64,000 nucleotides of DNA from a virus (lineage: Duplodnaviria; Caudoviricetes): positions 1,525-65,524 of the IMG/VR virus record IMGVR_UViG_3300016472_000180, one strand, 5' to 3'. The translations under genes were made by a program, and so were the position numbers. The notes under the pieces are model-generated. The model saw only the letters and a program-made list of their open reading frames with translations, was not told where the DNA came from and ran no database searches. Shown here piece by piece: positions 63,040 to 64,000 of this stretch. Within the stretch, counting starts at the first letter, position 1, and every line of letters starts with the position of its first letter.

Positions 63040-64000
63040 TAAAATGTTCCGCCATCAATTGTGCTGGTGGTGTATAAACCATTGGTCACTGTGTCTGCAT
63101 TACCAATCAAGTTACCACGAAAATTGGTTGCTTGGAAATCGCCAAGTGTACCAGAGAATACCTCACTTGAGTTGGTTGCATCTGGAATAAATGCTAGGTA
63201 TCCGGTCGAGTCATCAAATCCAAAGAAACCAACCTTGGCTGAAGAACCATTATGCCAGCGGAATTCAATACCACGATCCTTGTTATCATCGCTGGCTGGA
63301 GCAACGTCCCCACCCAAAGTCATAATAGGATCATCCAAGGTTGTTGTGGTTGAGTTAATGGTTGTGGTTGTTCCATTCACTGTAAGATTACCACCAACAA
63401 TAATATTTCCTGTGGATGTTATATTATCACAGCCAACAGTCCCTGTAAAAGTTGGACTGGCTGAAAGAACAACGCTGCCGCTGCCAGTCGAGGATGTAAC
63501 ACCAGTTCCACCATTAGCAACCGGCAGTGTCCCAGTAACTCCCGTTGTCAGCGTCAGTCCTGTACAATTAGTCAAGGTACCAGCAGAGGGTGTACCTAGA
63601 TTTGGTGTCACCAGTGTAGGTGATGTTGCAAAGACCAAAGACCCAGAACCAGTTTCATCTGTGATAGCCGAAATTAGGTTCGATGAACTAGGTGTTGCTA
63701 AAAAGGTTGCAACACCCGACCCCAGTCCACTGATTCCCGAAGCAACAGGTAACCCAGTACAATTCGTCAGTGTTCCTGAGGCTGGTGTTCCAAGCACAGT
63801 AGCCCCTGTAAATGTTTTGACCCCAGAGATGGTTTGGTTAGATGTCAATGTAGCAAAGGAACCAGGTCCACCAATCGTCAATGTGGTGCCACCTGTTTTA
63901 CCAATCCACAAAGTATCATCTACTTCGTTGAACGCCAGTTCTCCAACTGTCAAGGTAGCAGGGGAACCAGCAGCTCCTGATGTTCGTCGTTTAATTAGAA
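63039..64000 (-). CDS. Tail fibre-related protein, 5' end outside window
   Basis: Frame open to the window edge (LIKRRTSGAAGSPATLTVGELAFNE); LGTPASGTLTNCTGLP repeats; DDNKDRGIEFRW. Confidence 0.8.
   Translation of the reverse strand, partial: LIKRRTSGAAGSPATLTVGELAFNEVDDTLWIGKTGGTTLTIGGPGSFATLTSNQTISGVKTFTGATVLGTPASGTLTNCTGLPVASGISGLGSGVATFLATPSSSNLISAITDETGSGSLVFATSPTLVTPNLGTPSAGTLTNCTGLTLTTGVTGTLPVANGGTGVTSSTGSGSVVLSASPTFTGTVGCDNITSTGNIIVGGNLTVNGTTTTINSTTTTLDDPIMTLGGDVAPASDDNKDRGIEFRWHNGSSAKVGFFGFDDSTGYLAFIPDATNSSEVFSGTLGDFQATNFRGNLIGNADTVTNGLYTTSTIDGGTF

Noticed and set aside
353-63953. Plus-strand and nested alternative-frame ORFs (e.g. 6524-7135, 44819-45481, 58873-59760, 59803-60627, 33654-34145)
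   Set aside because: They are antisense shadows of well-supported minus-strand genes, or long only because GC-rich sequence has few stops. I recognised no motifs in them.

Overview
The whole window is one lytic T7-like podophage genome (Autographiviridae-like), with essentially all genes on the minus strand. It appears circularly permuted and is larger than 64 kb, since ORFs run off both edges. Reading in the transcribed direction from the probable genome end (~34.1-34.5 kb), the order is: (1) an accessory early region of about 11 kb with two tRNAs, a tRNA-like RNA lacking a normal anticodon loop, repeated hairpins, terminators and GC-rich mosaic cassettes; (2) single-subunit RNA polymerase; (3) replication and nucleotide genes (SSB, RusA-like resolvase, primase-helicase, PolA, dNMP kinase, exonuclease, dUTPase, class II RNR); (4) portal, small basic proteins, scaffold, capsid and tail tubes A/B. 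From the right edge come at least four tail fibre/spike genes, small membrane (lysis) genes, small and large terminase, and then the internal virion proteins, including a 1380-aa protein with a C-terminal lysozyme and a 4311-aa polyvalent-type protein. The most notable unexplained structures are: four covarying ATGGT-loop hairpins in front of early genes; a densely structured ~370-nt intergenic region with a possible pseudoknot; a candidate phage promoter AGTTGGGGCTA(A/T)AGA; a 29-bp repeat/35-bp spacer/29-bp repeat unit; a five-copy ERDEAR..RGW protein module that has captured half a methyltransferase; and GC-rich tail-spike cassettes that each end in a relic of the same downstream gene. All family assignments come from motif recognition by eye; no searches were run. 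Several start codons were adjusted from the ORF track using RBS or stop/start overlaps.
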